Part shown: positions 43,235-53,204 of the stretch, one piece after another
Position numbering within the stretch: the stretch's first letter is position 1
How the letters are laid out: each line of letters begins with the position of its first letter
NCBI GenBank assembly: GCA_963764625.1
Contig: CAVXTH010000009.1
Span: forward strand, 608,001-672,000
Direction: 5' to 3'
Length of the DNA: 64,000 nucleotides
Source: Candidatus Krumholzibacteriota bacterium
GTDB taxonomy: Bacteria; Krumholzibacteriota; Krumholzibacteriia; JAJRXK01
Made by a program: the position numbers and the translations under genes
Notes under the pieces: model-generated
What the model was told of the DNA's origin: nothing
The model's input: only the letters and a program-made list of their open reading frames with translations
The model's database searches: none

Positions 43235-44769
43235 GCCAACCGATCCGCCGCATCCTGGTCGCGAACCGCGGCGAAATCGCGGTGAGGGTCATGCGGGCTT
43301 GCCGTGAACTCGGCATCTCCTGCGTTGCTGTCGCAAGCGAGGCCGATCGCTTCGCCCTTCACGCACAGCTGGCCAACGAGGTGGTGGTGATCGGGGAGGC
43401 CGAGGCCAGCAAGAGCTATCTGGTGATGGACAAAATCCTGGAGGCGGCTCGCGCCAGCGGGTGCGACGCGATTCATCCAGGGTATGGTTTCTTGGCCGAA
43501 AATGCCCAGTTCGCCCAGGCTTGCTCCGACGCCGGTCTGATCTTCATCGGACCCACGCCTTCGGTCATCGAGGAGATGGGCCTCAAGACGCGGGCCCGCG
43601 CGCGTATGGAGGCGGCGGGAGTGCCAGTGGTGCCCGGCGCGCTTCTCGGCGCCAAGGCCACGGAATCCGCGATCGCGAAGGCCGCCAAGAGCGTGGGTTT
43701 CCCCCTGCTCGTGAAAGCCGCTGCCGGGGGTGGAGGCAAGGGCATGAGGGCGGTGCAGGCGCCGAAAGATCTGGCCGATGCAGTGGCGGCGGCGCGGCGC
43801 GAAGCTCTCTCCGCCTTCGGGAACGAGGAAGTCTATCTGGAAAGGCTGCTCGCGCGGCCGCGCCACATCGAAGTCCAGGTATTGGGGGACACGCACGGAA
43901 ATGTCATGCACCTCGGTGAGCGCGAGTGTTCGATTCAGCGCCGTCACCAGAAGATCATCGAAGAATCGCCGGCGCCCTCTCTGGGGGAGGACCTTCGCGC
44001 GCGTATGCATGAGACCGCGGTGCGGGCGGCGCGCGCGGTTTCCTACACCGGCGCGGGTACGGTGGAGATGCTCCTGGACGAAAGCGGCGCGTTCTTCTTC
44101 CTGGAGATGAATACGCGCCTGCAAGTGGAGCACCCGGTCACCGAGTGGGTAACCGGCATCGACCTCGTGGCCCAACAGATTCACGTCGCGCAGGGGGAAG
44201 CACTGGGCCTGAAGCAGGAAGACATCAAAGCCCGCGGACACAGCATCGAAGCGCGCCTCTACGCCGAGGATCCAGCCGAGGGGTTCATGCCGCGGACCGG
44301 TGAGGTCCTGCTCTTCGAGGCCCCGGCGGGGCCAGGAGTTCGCGTCGACACCGGAATTACCACCGGAGCCGAAATCTCCCTCTACTACGACCCCCTGATC
44401 GCGAAGCTCTCCACCTGGGCGGAAGACCGTGATGGCGCGCGGCGACGCATGCTGCAGGCCCTGAAGGAGACGGTTCTTCTGGGCGTAGGGAGCAACCTCA
44501 CGTATCTCCATGCCGTCCTCGCGCACCCGCAGTTCGCGCAGGGTCATACGCATACCGGCTTCTTGCCCCAGTACTTCGAAGGCTGGAAGCCGGACGCAGG
44601 AACGGAGAGTGAGGAGGAAGGTCAGGCAATGCTCGCGGTCGCGGCGACCGTTCTCAGCCGCGGGCCCCGAGGCGGGCATGGGCCAGGGCGGTCACGCCCC
44701 GGCGGAGGAGAGGAGATCCAGGGCCCATGGTCACGACTGGCCGCCCTTCGACTGAGGGGAGGAGCATGA
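43231..44769 (+). CDS. Biotin carboxylase subunit (MCC alpha, BC domain)
   Basis: ILVANRGEIAVR, HPGYGFLAEN, GGGGKGMR and EMNTRLQVEHPVTE. Confidence 0.92.
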   Translation: MSQPIRRILVANRGEIAVRVMRACRELGISCVAVASEADRFALHAQLANEVVVIGEAEASKSYLVMDKILEAARASGCDAIHPGYGFLAENAQFAQACSDAGLIFIGPTPSVIEEMGLKTRARARMEAAGVPVVPGALLGAKATESAIAKAAKSVGFPLLVKAAAGGGGKGMRAVQAPKDLADAVAAARREALSAFGNEEVYLERLLARPRHIEVQVLGDTHGNVMHLGERECSIQRRHQKIIEESPAPSLGEDLRARMHETAVRAARAVSYTGAGTVEMLLDESGAFFFLEMNTRLQVEHPVTEWVTGIDLVAQQIHVAQGEALGLKQEDIKARGHSIEARLYAEDPAEGFMPRTGEVLLFEAPAGPGVRVDTGITTGAEISLYYDPLIAKLSTWAEDRDGARRRMLQALKETVLLGVGSNLTYLHAVLAHPQFAQGHTHTGFLPQYFEGWKPDAGTESEEEGQAMLAVAATVLSRGPRGGHGPGRSRPGGGEEIQGPWSRLAALRLRGGA

Positions 44770-45275
44770 TGGAGCTACGACTGCAGGAAAAGGGGAAGAG
44801 GCACGTTCTCCGGTGCGAGCCCGAGGACAATGCCCTGCGTCTGAGCGTCGAGGACGGGGAGAGCTTCCTCTGTTCGGTCGAGGCTCAGGACGACAATGCG
44901 CTTCTCTTGCGAGTGGGAGACAAATTGGTGCGCGCGCGATACGCGCGCAAAGGGCACGAGCTGTGGGTCCAGGTCGGTGCTCGCGTTTCGAGTTTTCGAC
45001 TCCTGGACGAAGAGGATGAAGAGGACGTCGATGCATCCGCGGGAAGTCCCGTGGTGCGCGCACCGATGCCGGGGAAAGTGCTGGCTCTGCTGGTCGAGGA
45101 AGGGCAGGAAGTCCAGCTCGGACAGGCGGTGGTGAGAGTGGAGGCGATGAAGATGGAAGTGGAACTGCCGGCCACGGTGGCAGGCACGGTGGAGACGATT
45201 CACGCCCAGGCCGAAGAGCTCGTCCTACCCGATGCGCCGCTGGTGACGATCAAGCCGCACGAAGAGGCGGACTGA
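44766..45275 (+). CDS. Biotin carboxyl carrier (BT-BCCP) subunit
   Basis: RAPMPGKV and EAMKME biotinylation motif; own GGAGGAG RBS with ATGA overlap. Confidence 0.9.
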   Translation: MMELRLQEKGKRHVLRCEPEDNALRLSVEDGESFLCSVEAQDDNALLLRVGDKLVRARYARKGHELWVQVGARVSSFRLLDEEDEEDVDASAGSPVVRAPMPGKVLALLVEEGQEVQLGQAVVRVEAMKMEVELPATVAGTVETIHAQAEELVLPDAPLVTIKPHEEAD

Positions 45276-45279
45276 AGGA

Positions 45280-46176
45280 GTGGCCCTGCGCTCGCTCTTT
45301 TCCGATTCCAAGCATCGTGCCGATCTGGCCATGCTCCTGGTGACCCTCTTCTGGGGGCTCACCTTTCCTCTCATTCGCGCCGCCGTGAGCACGCTGGATC
45401 CCCTGGTTTTCGTGGTCCTGCGTTTCTCTCTGGCGCTGGTCGTGTTCCTACCTTTCGTCGTCTTCAGCGCCAGAGTCAGGCGAAGTCTTCGCGCCGCGGT
45501 TTTCCCCGGACTGATCCTGGGGCTCTTGGCCGGTGGTGGCTACATCACCCAAACTCTCGGATTGACTTCCATCTCTGCCGGTCGAGCCGCTTTCATCACC
45601 GGCTTGAGCGTCATTCTGGTGCCCTTGCTTTCCCCGATCTTCCGGGCGGGTCGCCCCCGGCGCATCGAGATTCTGGCCGCGTTAACCGCGACCCTGGGTC
45701 TCTTTCTTCTCACCGATCCGCGCGCGGGGGGAATCACGCGCGGTGACCTCCTGGTCTTGGCGTGTGCGGCCATCTACGCGGTCTACATCCACGTCCTGCA
45801 GATTTTTTTGCGTCGACAGCCCGATTCGGTGGCTCTGGCCTTTCTGCAGATCGTGGGAATCGCGGCTCTGGCCGGCGCGTGTCTGCCCCTGGCCGACCCC
45901 GGACCGCTCCGCTTCACCCCGATGGCCTGGGTGGCCCTGCTCTTCACCGCCACTTTCGCCACCGGCGGGACCACCTGGCTTCAAACTCACTTTCAGGGAC
46001 GCACCACACCGCAGCGGACCGCGCTCATCTTCTCCATGGAGCCGGTGTTCGCCACCCTCTTCGCCTACTGGATGCTGGGAGAGGTCCTTTCCACGCTCGG
46101 CCAGTTGGGCGCGCTGCTCATTTTGATCTCTGTGACGGGCGCGGAGCTTTTGGATCGGCCGAAACCGAAGAGCTAG
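45280..46176 (+). CDS. DMT/EamA family transporter
   Basis: WGLTFP, AAFITGL and MEPVFA; about 10 TM. Confidence 0.9.
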   Translation: MALRSLFSDSKHRADLAMLLVTLFWGLTFPLIRAAVSTLDPLVFVVLRFSLALVVFLPFVVFSARVRRSLRAAVFPGLILGLLAGGGYITQTLGLTSISAGRAAFITGLSVILVPLLSPIFRAGRPRRIEILAALTATLGLFLLTDPRAGGITRGDLLVLACAAIYAVYIHVLQIFLRRQPDSVALAFLQIVGIAALAGACLPLADPGPLRFTPMAWVALLFTATFATGGTTWLQTHFQGRTTPQRTALIFSMEPVFATLFAYWMLGEVLSTLGQLGALLILISVTGAELLDRPKPKS

Positions 46177-46224
46177 TGTATTCTGCGGCCCGAATTTATC
46201 CCTCGGGCTGACGCCCCGAAACCA

Positions 46225-47592
46225 GTGGCGAATGGCATGACTCTCACCAGTGCACAAATCGAGCGCACGATGCGCCTCTCCATTTGGGAGGGCACGGCGT
46301 GGGCCGTGATGGTGGGACTGGGAGAGACCTATTTCATCGCCGACGCAGTTCGCCTGCACGCCAGCGCTCTCCAACTCGCCCTGACGATCACGCTCCCATT
46401 GGCTCTCGCCGGGGCGGGACCTCTGACCGTGCTCGGATTCCTGGGGCAACGAGTCCGCCGAAAGTCGCTCGTGATCTCCGCCGTGTTGGCGCAAGCCCTC
46501 GTACTCGTGAGTCTGAGCGTCACCGAACACCTCGGAGCTTCGACTCCGTCGCGTCTGATCGCCCTCGTGTGTCTTTACCAGATCATGGGGCAGGGGGCGG
46601 GGACGGCGTGGTCGTCGTGGATCAGCGACTTGGTGCCCCACGAAGTCCGCGGCCGGTATTTCGGCCGACGGAATCGAGGGGTGTACATCGGGAGCTGCGT
46701 GGGACTGGTCACCACCGGCATTCTCCTGCATTGGCTGGAACCGGTGGCTCCCGGACAGGGAGTGGGGGTGGTCGGAGGCACGGGGTTCGAACTCGCGTTC
46801 CTGCTGGCCGCTGCATTTCGGGTCGTGTCGGGAACCCTCTTGTGTCTCTCCTCCGAGCCCGAGTTCACGGGATTGGCGCATCGCGAGCAGGCGCTGCGAT
46901 TTTTGAAGAGCGACCGCGGCACGCGCGCATTTTGGCTTCTGGGTCTGGTGGCCCTTTTTCACTTCGCCGTGTATACGAGCGCGCCCTACTACGGGGCCTT
47001 CATGCTCGAGACCCTACGCTTCAGCTACCTGGAGTACATGAGCGTGACGGTGGCGTTGATCGTCACCAAATCGCTGGTGACTCCCTGGTGGGGTGGCGTG
47101 ATCGACCGCTACAGCGCTCGTGGGGTGTGGATCCTGGCCCTGTTTGCGATCGCGGTGATCCCGGTTCCGTGGATCTTCGCGCACGGACTTCTGGTAATTC
47201 TGCTCGCCCAGCTCTGCTCGGGTGTCTCCTGGTCGGCCTTCGAGCTCAGCTACTTCACCCTGCTCCTGGAGTCCAGCACCCGTCGCACCAGACCTTCCCT
47301 TTTCGCCGCCCAGAGTTTACTCGTCGGCTGGTCGCAGCTCGGCGCGGGCGTGCTCGCGGCCTGGATGTTGCCGCTCTTGGGGAACGGCTACCGGGGCCTG
47401 TTTCTGGTGAGCGCGGTGGCGCGCCTGCTCGCGGCGATTACCGCCGGTGCGTTCATGCCGCGCGCCTCCGGATTGCGGGTGCCATCGATTCGGGGACAGG
47501 CGCTGCGCTTCCTCGGGATCCGAGCCCACGGGGGACTGGTGCGACGCCCGGTCTTTGAGAGCAGTCCCCCAGAGGAAGACGACACCCCCTAG
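46225..47592 (+). CDS. MFS transporter
   Basis: About 12 hydrophobic segments; WSSWISDLVP..RGRYFG and WGGVIDRY. Confidence 0.85.
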   Translation: MANGMTLTSAQIERTMRLSIWEGTAWAVMVGLGETYFIADAVRLHASALQLALTITLPLALAGAGPLTVLGFLGQRVRRKSLVISAVLAQALVLVSLSVTEHLGASTPSRLIALVCLYQIMGQGAGTAWSSWISDLVPHEVRGRYFGRRNRGVYIGSCVGLVTTGILLHWLEPVAPGQGVGVVGGTGFELAFLLAAAFRVVSGTLLCLSSEPEFTGLAHREQALRFLKSDRGTRAFWLLGLVALFHFAVYTSAPYYGAFMLETLRFSYLEYMSVTVALIVTKSLVTPWWGGVIDRYSARGVWILALFAIAVIPVPWIFAHGLLVILLAQLCSGVSWSAFELSYFTLLLESSTRRTRPSLFAAQSLLVGWSQLGAGVLAAWMLPLLGNGYRGLFLVSAVARLLAAITAGAFMPRASGLRVPSIRGQALRFLGIRAHGGLVRRPVFESSPPEEDDTP

Positions 47593-47630
47593 CTTGCGGG
47601 GGGGCCGCCTTCCGGAGATTCCTCTAAAGC

Positions 47631-47731
47631 GTCGTAATTGACGACTTGACAGAGTCTCTTTCTTGAACTAGTCTTCGTAAGACTTGACGAGATAGAGTCA
47701 TAATTATTAATAAATCGTCGAAAGTTGCGAC
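47631..47731 (+). promoter_or_regulatory. hipBA promoter with candidate operators
   Basis: AT-rich, with TTGACG at 47684 and two GTCG-N7-CGAC dyads (47631-47645, 47717-47731). Confidence 0.5.
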
Positions 47732-47732
47732 T

Positions 47733-48083
47733 ATGAAGCTCAGCCAATTGGAACGCGATACGGCGATCCTGGAGGAAGTGGGGGAGCGCCTCGCACGGCG
47801 CCGGATCGACCTGGGACTGACCCAGGCGGCCCTGGCCGAGCAGGCGGGTCTGGGCAAGCGCACGGTGGAGAGGATCGAGAGTGGGGAGTCCGCGCAGCTT
47901 GTGAGCCTAGTGCGGATTCTGCGCGTGCTCGAGTTGCTCTCCCGGCTCGATCTGCTCGTTCCCGAGCTCGGACCCCGCCCGATGGACCAGTTGCGGCGCA
48001 AGGGGAAGGAGCGGCGCCGCGCTTCCTCCCGTCATGAGACCAAGAAGGATCCCCAACCCTGGTCCTGGGACGACGAGAAATGA
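47733..48083 (+). CDS. hipB: HipB-like XRE HTH antitoxin
   Basis: LTQAALAEQAGLGKRTVERIESG; ATGA overlap with hipA. Confidence 0.85.
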   Translation: MKLSQLERDTAILEEVGERLARRRIDLGLTQAALAEQAGLGKRTVERIESGESAQLVSLVRILRVLELLSRLDLLVPELGPRPMDQLRRKGKERRRASSRHETKKDPQPWSWDDEK

Positions 48084-49384
48084 GTCGCGTGGCCGAAGTC
48101 AAACTGTGGGGTTCCACCATCGGCGCCGTCTCACTGAGCGAAGACAGCGAAGTGGCTGCCTTCGAATACGACCCCCGCTTCGCGCGGAGTGGGATCGAAG
48201 TCGCACCGCTCACGATGCCACTTTCGCGGCGCGTCTATGCCTTCCCCGAACTGTCGCGAGCCTCCTTCCATGGGCTGCCCGGACTTTTGGCCGATTCGCT
48301 ACCCGACCGATTTGGAAATGCTCTCATCGATGCGTGGCTGGCCAGCCAGGGGCGCACGCCAGATTCCTTCAATGCCATCGAGCGTCTCTGTTACACGGGA
48401 GGCAGAGGGATGGGAGCCCTCGAGTTCGTTCCGGCCTTGGGTCCCAAGGCCAGGGGCGCGAGGCAAATCGAAATCGACAAACTCGTCGAGCTGGCTTCGG
48501 AGATCTTGACCCACCGCACCGAGCTCAGCGTTTCCTTCGCGGATGAGAGTAAAGGCCGGGCGCTCGGCGACATCCTGCGGGTGGGCACCTCTGCCGGGGG
48601 AGCGCGCGCAAAGGCGGTGATCGCCTGGAATCCCCTGACGAACGAGGTGCGCTCGGGTCAAGTGCCGACCGAAGAGGATTTCGAGTACTGGATTCTGAAA
48701 TTCGACGGGGTGCGGGGCAACAAAGACAGGGAACTCGACGATCCACAGGGCTATGGCGCGATCGAATACGCCTACTCCAAGATGGCCCGTGATTGTGGGA
48801 TCTCCATCAACGACTGCCGGCTCTTCGAGGAGAACGGCCGGCGGCATTTCATGATGCGTCGCTTCGATCGCCGCAGCGGGGGTGAGAAGCTGCACATGCA
48901 GTCCCTTGGCGCTCTAGCTCATTTCGATTTTCATCTCGCGGGTGCGTATTCGTACGAGCAGGCTCTGCTCGTCATTCGGCAGCTCGAGCTTCCCATGAGC
49001 AGCATCGAGGAGCAGTTTCGCCGCATGGTCTTCAACATCGTCGGCCGCAACCATGATGACCACGTCAAGAATATTGCCTTTTTGATGGATCGCTCCGGTC
49101 AGTGGTCGCTCTCGCCGGCTTTCGACATGACCTACAGCTTCAACCCTTCGGGCCGTTGGACCGCTCGCCACCAGATGAGCATGAACGGCAAACGCGAGGA
49201 TTTTGCCCTGGAGGATTTCAAAGCGTGCGCCAACTCGGCATCCATGAAGCGTGGGCGTGCCGAGACCATTCTCGGCGAAGTGGTCGAGGTCTTCTCGCGG
49301 TGGGCCGAATACGCGGACTCTACCGGAGTCGACCCGGACTGGCGCGAGCGCATTCAAAAGATTCTGCTCTTGGACTGGCACTGA
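48080..49384 (+). CDS. hipA: HipA family Ser/Thr kinase toxin
   Basis: LADSLPDRFG, GTSAGGARAKA, NHDDHVKN and LSPAFD. Confidence 0.93.
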   Translation: MSRVAEVKLWGSTIGAVSLSEDSEVAAFEYDPRFARSGIEVAPLTMPLSRRVYAFPELSRASFHGLPGLLADSLPDRFGNALIDAWLASQGRTPDSFNAIERLCYTGGRGMGALEFVPALGPKARGARQIEIDKLVELASEILTHRTELSVSFADESKGRALGDILRVGTSAGGARAKAVIAWNPLTNEVRSGQVPTEEDFEYWILKFDGVRGNKDRELDDPQGYGAIEYAYSKMARDCGISINDCRLFEENGRRHFMMRRFDRRSGGEKLHMQSLGALAHFDFHLAGAYSYEQALLVIRQLELPMSSIEEQFRRMVFNIVGRNHDDHVKNIAFLMDRSGQWSLSPAFDMTYSFNPSGRWTARHQMSMNGKREDFALEDFKACANSASMKRGRAETILGEVVEVFSRWAEYADSTGVDPDWRERIQKILLLDWH

Positions 49385-49395
49385 GTGCCACGCAC

Positions 49396-49857
49396 TCAGC
49401 CTCTGTGGTACACCGCATCGAAGAGCTTCTTCCAATCGACGCCGTCTTGGGACATCTCCATGCTGGAAGCCATGAAGCCGGGCTTGGAAAGGTCGTAGAT
49501 GAGACGAACCCTCATCGGCTGACCATCGTGTCCCAGGGTCAGCACGTTTCCTTCGAATTTGCCGGTGAATACTTCGGGGGGCGAACCGATGGAGTCGATC
49601 CAGTAGAGAGTATAGAGTTCGCTGCGGGGATCGAAGGTGTAGACCCCGTGCCCCTGAAAGGTGATGACGCCATCGCGTTCCTGTAAGTAATCGGACACCA
49701 GGGCGAATCCCCCGACCGCCACGCGGCTGGTCGTCTTCCCCTTCGCCACCCCGCCCTTGGGATCCCAATGCGAGGGATACATCGTCTCGTTTCCCTCCCA
49801 CTCTCCGGCGAGATCCTCGAACTTTTTGTGACCGGGACTGAGCTGGGGCATCTCCAT
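49396..49857 (-). CDS. DUF1579-like protein
   Basis: LAGEWEG...FQGHGVYTFD...YWIDSIG; AAGGAG RBS. Confidence 0.75.
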   Translation of the reverse strand: MEMPQLSPGHKKFEDLAGEWEGNETMYPSHWDPKGGVAKGKTTSRVAVGGFALVSDYLQERDGVITFQGHGVYTFDPRSELYTLYWIDSIGSPPEVFTGKFEGNVLTLGHDGQPMRVRLIYDLSKPGFMASSMEMSQDGVDWKKLFDAVYHRG

Positions 49858-49886
49858 ATTCGTCTCCTTAGCTGGGGGAGTTCTGG

Positions 49887-50756
49887 TCAGGCCTTGCCGG
49901 TAAACGGAAAGACGGGTCGCTCGAGCGGGAATGGTGCCTTGACGAAGCAGTTATCGCCCAGCCACGGAGCCAGCCGCGCCGCGTGCACGGAGAGCTTGTC
50001 GCTAAAGAAGTGGAATTCGATGACGCCGTCCAGCTCGTTTTTAAGGTAGGGGTAGAGCTCGTCCAGCGAAGGCACTCGCTCGCCCACGACATCCAAGAGG
50101 CGTAGGCAGCCCCCCTCGCGGGTGAAGAAGACCGCGCACTCCAGCTCGGGAATCTCGTAGGCGTGTTCACGCAAGCGGTGCAGGGCATGGAACATGACCA
50201 ACTTCGGGTTCAGGATGGCGAAGCGATCCGAGACCGGAGAGCGCCGTTGCGCGTACTGGTAGATCATGTCGCGATCAAGCTGCTTCGTGCAATCCAGTTT
50301 CTGCAATCCAGGGCGATGTGCGGCAGTTGGCGCGGGGACGCGCTCCACGTACTCCGGCAAAGGCTCGAAGCCACACCGCTGGTAGAAGGGAATGGCGTCT
50401 TCGTTGGCGAAGAGAAACACGCCCTCGTGTCGATCCTGGGCCCAGTCCAATCCGATTTCGGTCAACCGGCGGTTCAGCCCCTGTCGCCGCCACGGCGGCA
50501 GCGTGCCCACGCCGGAGATCTGCGCGAGACGGGTTTTTCTGCCATCCACCACCGCATCGAGCAGGTAGATACAGACACTCGCGACGACCCTGTCCTCTTC
50601 GAAGAAGGAAAAGGGGGTGTAGGCCTCATCCCAGTACCCGGCCGACTCCCACTCGCGGAAATCGAGCCCGAAGATTTCCTGCATGAAGGTCTTGAATGCG
50701 GTTCGAGCTCGAGGATCGTCCCAGTAGGCGGTCTTGAGTGTGAGCTTCGAGTTCAT
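49887..50756 (-). CDS. GNAT family N-acetyltransferase
   Basis: QISGVGTLPPWRRQGL and FLFAN...FYQRCGF; start at MNSKL. Confidence 0.85.
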   Translation of the reverse strand: MNSKLTLKTAYWDDPRARTAFKTFMQEIFGLDFREWESAGYWDEAYTPFSFFEEDRVVASVCIYLLDAVVDGRKTRLAQISGVGTLPPWRRQGLNRRLTEIGLDWAQDRHEGVFLFANEDAIPFYQRCGFEPLPEYVERVPAPTAAHRPGLQKLDCTKQLDRDMIYQYAQRRSPVSDRFAILNPKLVMFHALHRLREHAYEIPELECAVFFTREGGCLRLLDVVGERVPSLDELYPYLKNELDGVIEFHFFSDKLSVHAARLAPWLGDNCFVKAPFPLERPVFPFTGKA

Positions 50757-51220
50757 GAACTGGAATTGCTCGCCAGGTGTTCGCGAATCCACCGCGACCA
50801 GCGCTCGAGCTTTTCGTCGTAGTCTCCTTGGGACATGGCCGCGAGGTCGCGATTTCCATTCTCGGAAAGGCCTACGAACGAGTAAGTGACCGATACTTCC
50901 GTCCGCTGCCGGGCCGACGACTGGCAGCGGACCACGATGTGGGCAACATGGTGCCCGGGCTCCACTCGGTGGTACCCCACCTCGTGGTGCACTCGATCCA
51001 GACCGGAGACCACCCAAACCGCCTCGCCACGCTCTTCCTGTGTGCGAAACACCTGGCCGTGCCGCCACTCGTGTCTTTTCGGGTATAAAATCTCCGGATC
51101 CCACCCGGGAACCCAGGACCTTTCGCCTTGGGGAGAGAACAGGGGGAATGCCTCGTCTGGGTTGGCCTCAACCGAGAGACGACCCGTGAAGCTAGCCATG
51201 TGCGGTTTGAACTGGTCCAT
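50753..51220 (-). CDS. SRPBCC-like hypothetical protein
   Basis: FPLFSPQGERSWVPGW...VTYSFVGLSENGN; coupled to the GNAT gene. Confidence 0.75.
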   Translation of the reverse strand: MDQFKPHMASFTGRLSVEANPDEAFPLFSPQGERSWVPGWDPEILYPKRHEWRHGQVFRTQEERGEAVWVVSGLDRVHHEVGYHRVEPGHHVAHIVVRCQSSARQRTEVSVTYSFVGLSENGNRDLAAMSQGDYDEKLERWSRWIREHLASNSSS

Positions 51221-51235
51221 CGGATCCCCGGTCCT

Positions 51236-51562
51236 CTACGGCTTTGGTGGCCCCTTTTCTTTGACCAAGGACTCATGGATCAAACTGCCGGCGAGCGATC
51301 CTCCCAGCGCGAAGGGAACCGCCAGGAGGACCCCGAGCCCTCCGGCCACCTCGAGCGCCACCACCGGAAGCGCGGAGAGGAGCGCGCTCGTCCAGATGCG
51401 CAATCCAGCCGCGGCGCCCAGCGCGGCGACGAGCATCACGGCGCCAGCGCTGATCGCGGCATCATCCCATCCTGGCCGGGTGTCCATCCACGCGATGAAC
51501 GCGCCGGCGCCGAGCACGAGAATGCTGGTAATGATGTGGCGGCGTGAGGAATATCGTGTCAT
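51236..51562 (-). CDS. Small membrane protein
   Basis: Hydrophobic 108 aa with DTRPGWDD loop. Confidence 0.65.
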   Translation of the reverse strand: MTRYSSRRHIITSILVLGAGAFIAWMDTRPGWDDAAISAGAVMLVAALGAAAGLRIWTSALLSALPVVALEVAGGLGVLLAVPFALGGSLAGSLIHESLVKEKGPPKP

Positions 51563-51595
51563 GGCCTCGTGAGTGACCTCGATTGTTCGCGGCCT

Positions 51596-52318
51596 CTATT
51601 TCTTGCTGAATCCGTAGCGCGTGAGAAGCAGATTCTCATCCTGCACCAGTCCGATGCCCGGGGCATAGGTCTTGAATTCGTTCTCGTCGGGATCCAGGCC
51701 AGATCCTTCCCCTGTTCGCAGACACTTCTCGAAAGTGCCGGCCGGTGTTTCGAAACGCTGGCTGAGACTGGCAATCGTGGCGCGGTCCATGGCCACACCG
51801 GGCGCAAGTTCTTGATAGTACTTCATTCCCACTTCGGGAGTGCCCGGCATCATGAGGCCGGCACGAGCTTCAGCGTTGTCCGCGCGCCACGAATCTTCGC
51901 CACGATGCGGCGTTCCGCCCTCGTAGACCGTGACGTCCTCTCCGAAGTAGAAGATGTCATGGGTATCACGGTCCATGGCATAGAAATTCCGCGACACCTC
52001 GGTCAATACCCCGTCCTCCCATTCCCGCTCTTCCATCACCCGCGTCATCACGTTCCCTACCTTCACCGTATCGTCGAGAACCGTGATCACCAGTTTGGCG
52101 CCGGGAGCTTCGAGCACGAGCTGAAACTGCGGCTCCAGGACGAAAAACTGGTTGTGGCCCCTGGAAATGAAGTGGCGCTGGTCGAGATGGAAGTCCCGTT
52201 GCCAGCTTGGAGTCTCGGTAGCGTCCCGAGTTGCTGGTTCGTCCGCGGCGCGGATGGGAGACAGAGCGCCGAGAGCGAGAACGGCGAAGAGCACGAGGCA
52301 GGCGGTCCATCGTCTCAT
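51596..52318 (-). CDS. Exported hypothetical protein
   Basis: GGAGG RBS and signal peptide; YFGED, GLMMPG, TPAGTF and YAPGIGLVQD. Confidence 0.75.
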   Translation of the reverse strand: MRRWTACLVLFAVLALGALSPIRAADEPATRDATETPSWQRDFHLDQRHFISRGHNQFFVLEPQFQLVLEAPGAKLVITVLDDTVKVGNVMTRVMEEREWEDGVLTEVSRNFYAMDRDTHDIFYFGEDVTVYEGGTPHRGEDSWRADNAEARAGLMMPGTPEVGMKYYQELAPGVAMDRATIASLSQRFETPAGTFEKCLRTGEGSGLDPDENEFKTYAPGIGLVQDENLLLTRYGFSKK

Positions 52319-52385
52319 CGAGTTCCTCCCATCGCGCCGAGCTCAGAATTCTCGGGCCAGCGCGGGTACCTCCGCGGCGATTGGT

Positions 52386-52640
52386 TCAGTCCTTCCAGTT
52401 CCACCATTTAAGCCGTTCGGGCTCGTGTTGGCTCGTGCTCGCGAAGTACACGGCGCAGCGGAAGGTGTAGAGCACGCAGCGGTCGATTTTTTCTCCGCGC
52501 TGCTCGCAGAGCGTGTCGAACATCTCTTGGGGGTTCTCGTCCCGCAAGTCCCCCACTTGCCGATAGCCGAGGGAGCGCAGGTCGGCCGCGATGCTGGGCC
52601 CGACGCTGGGTATCGCCTGGAGCGTGTCATGGACGATCAT
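52386..52640 (-). CDS. Cdd1-like helix-hairpin-helix protein
   Basis: IPSVGPSIAADL...DRCVLYTFRCAVYFA...KWWNWKD; GGAGG RBS. Confidence 0.85.
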   Translation of the reverse strand: MIVHDTLQAIPSVGPSIAADLRSLGYRQVGDLRDENPQEMFDTLCEQRGEKIDRCVLYTFRCAVYFASTSQHEPERLKWWNWKD

Positions 52641-52785
52641 GGTTTCCTCCCGGGATGGCGATTGCGGGATGCTGCCAAGAGGATAGCGCTGCCTGGAGGA
52701 TTGGTCGAGCTGAGAGTCGCGAGAGTTGCCGCCACGGTCCGTCGATCCGATCAGCATCCCTCGGCTCTGTGGCGACCCAACGGCT

Positions 52786-53115
52786 CTAGTTGCGCCGGGT
52801 GTAGGTGGTTCTGCTTCCCCGCGCGTCTTCCAAAATGAGCCGGTCGTTCGCCCATTCGACGATGGTTCGTTCGATCTCGCCAGATCCCGGGTCATAGACG
52901 AGGATACGACCTTTTTCGATGCGCAGCGGGTGGTACTGACTGTCAGAATCGAGCCAGATCTGCCCGTCGTGGATGGCGAAGGCGGCGGTGGGCGCGTTCG
53001 TGTCGGACCACCAGCTCCCCTGAAGTTGCTTAAGGGTGATGGGTTTCTCATGAGGTGTGCATGCCGCCAAGAGGAGGGCGACAATGCAGAGGAGTGTTCT
53101 CGTCGGTACGATCAT
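52786..53115 (-). CDS. Small lipoprotein, hypothetical
   Basis: Lipobox LAAC, then LQGSW...TYTR. Confidence 0.65.
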   Translation of the reverse strand: MIVPTRTLLCIVALLLAACTPHEKPITLKQLQGSWWSDTNAPTAAFAIHDGQIWLDSDSQYHPLRIEKGRILVYDPGSGEIERTIVEWANDRLILEDARGSRTTYTRRN

Positions 53116-53204
53116 GGTTTCAGAGCACGGCTTCCTTTCCCCGTGGGCTCTTGGGGCATTGGTACCCGGAACACGTGACCATCCTCTTCTTGCGACTTCG
53201 TCGG

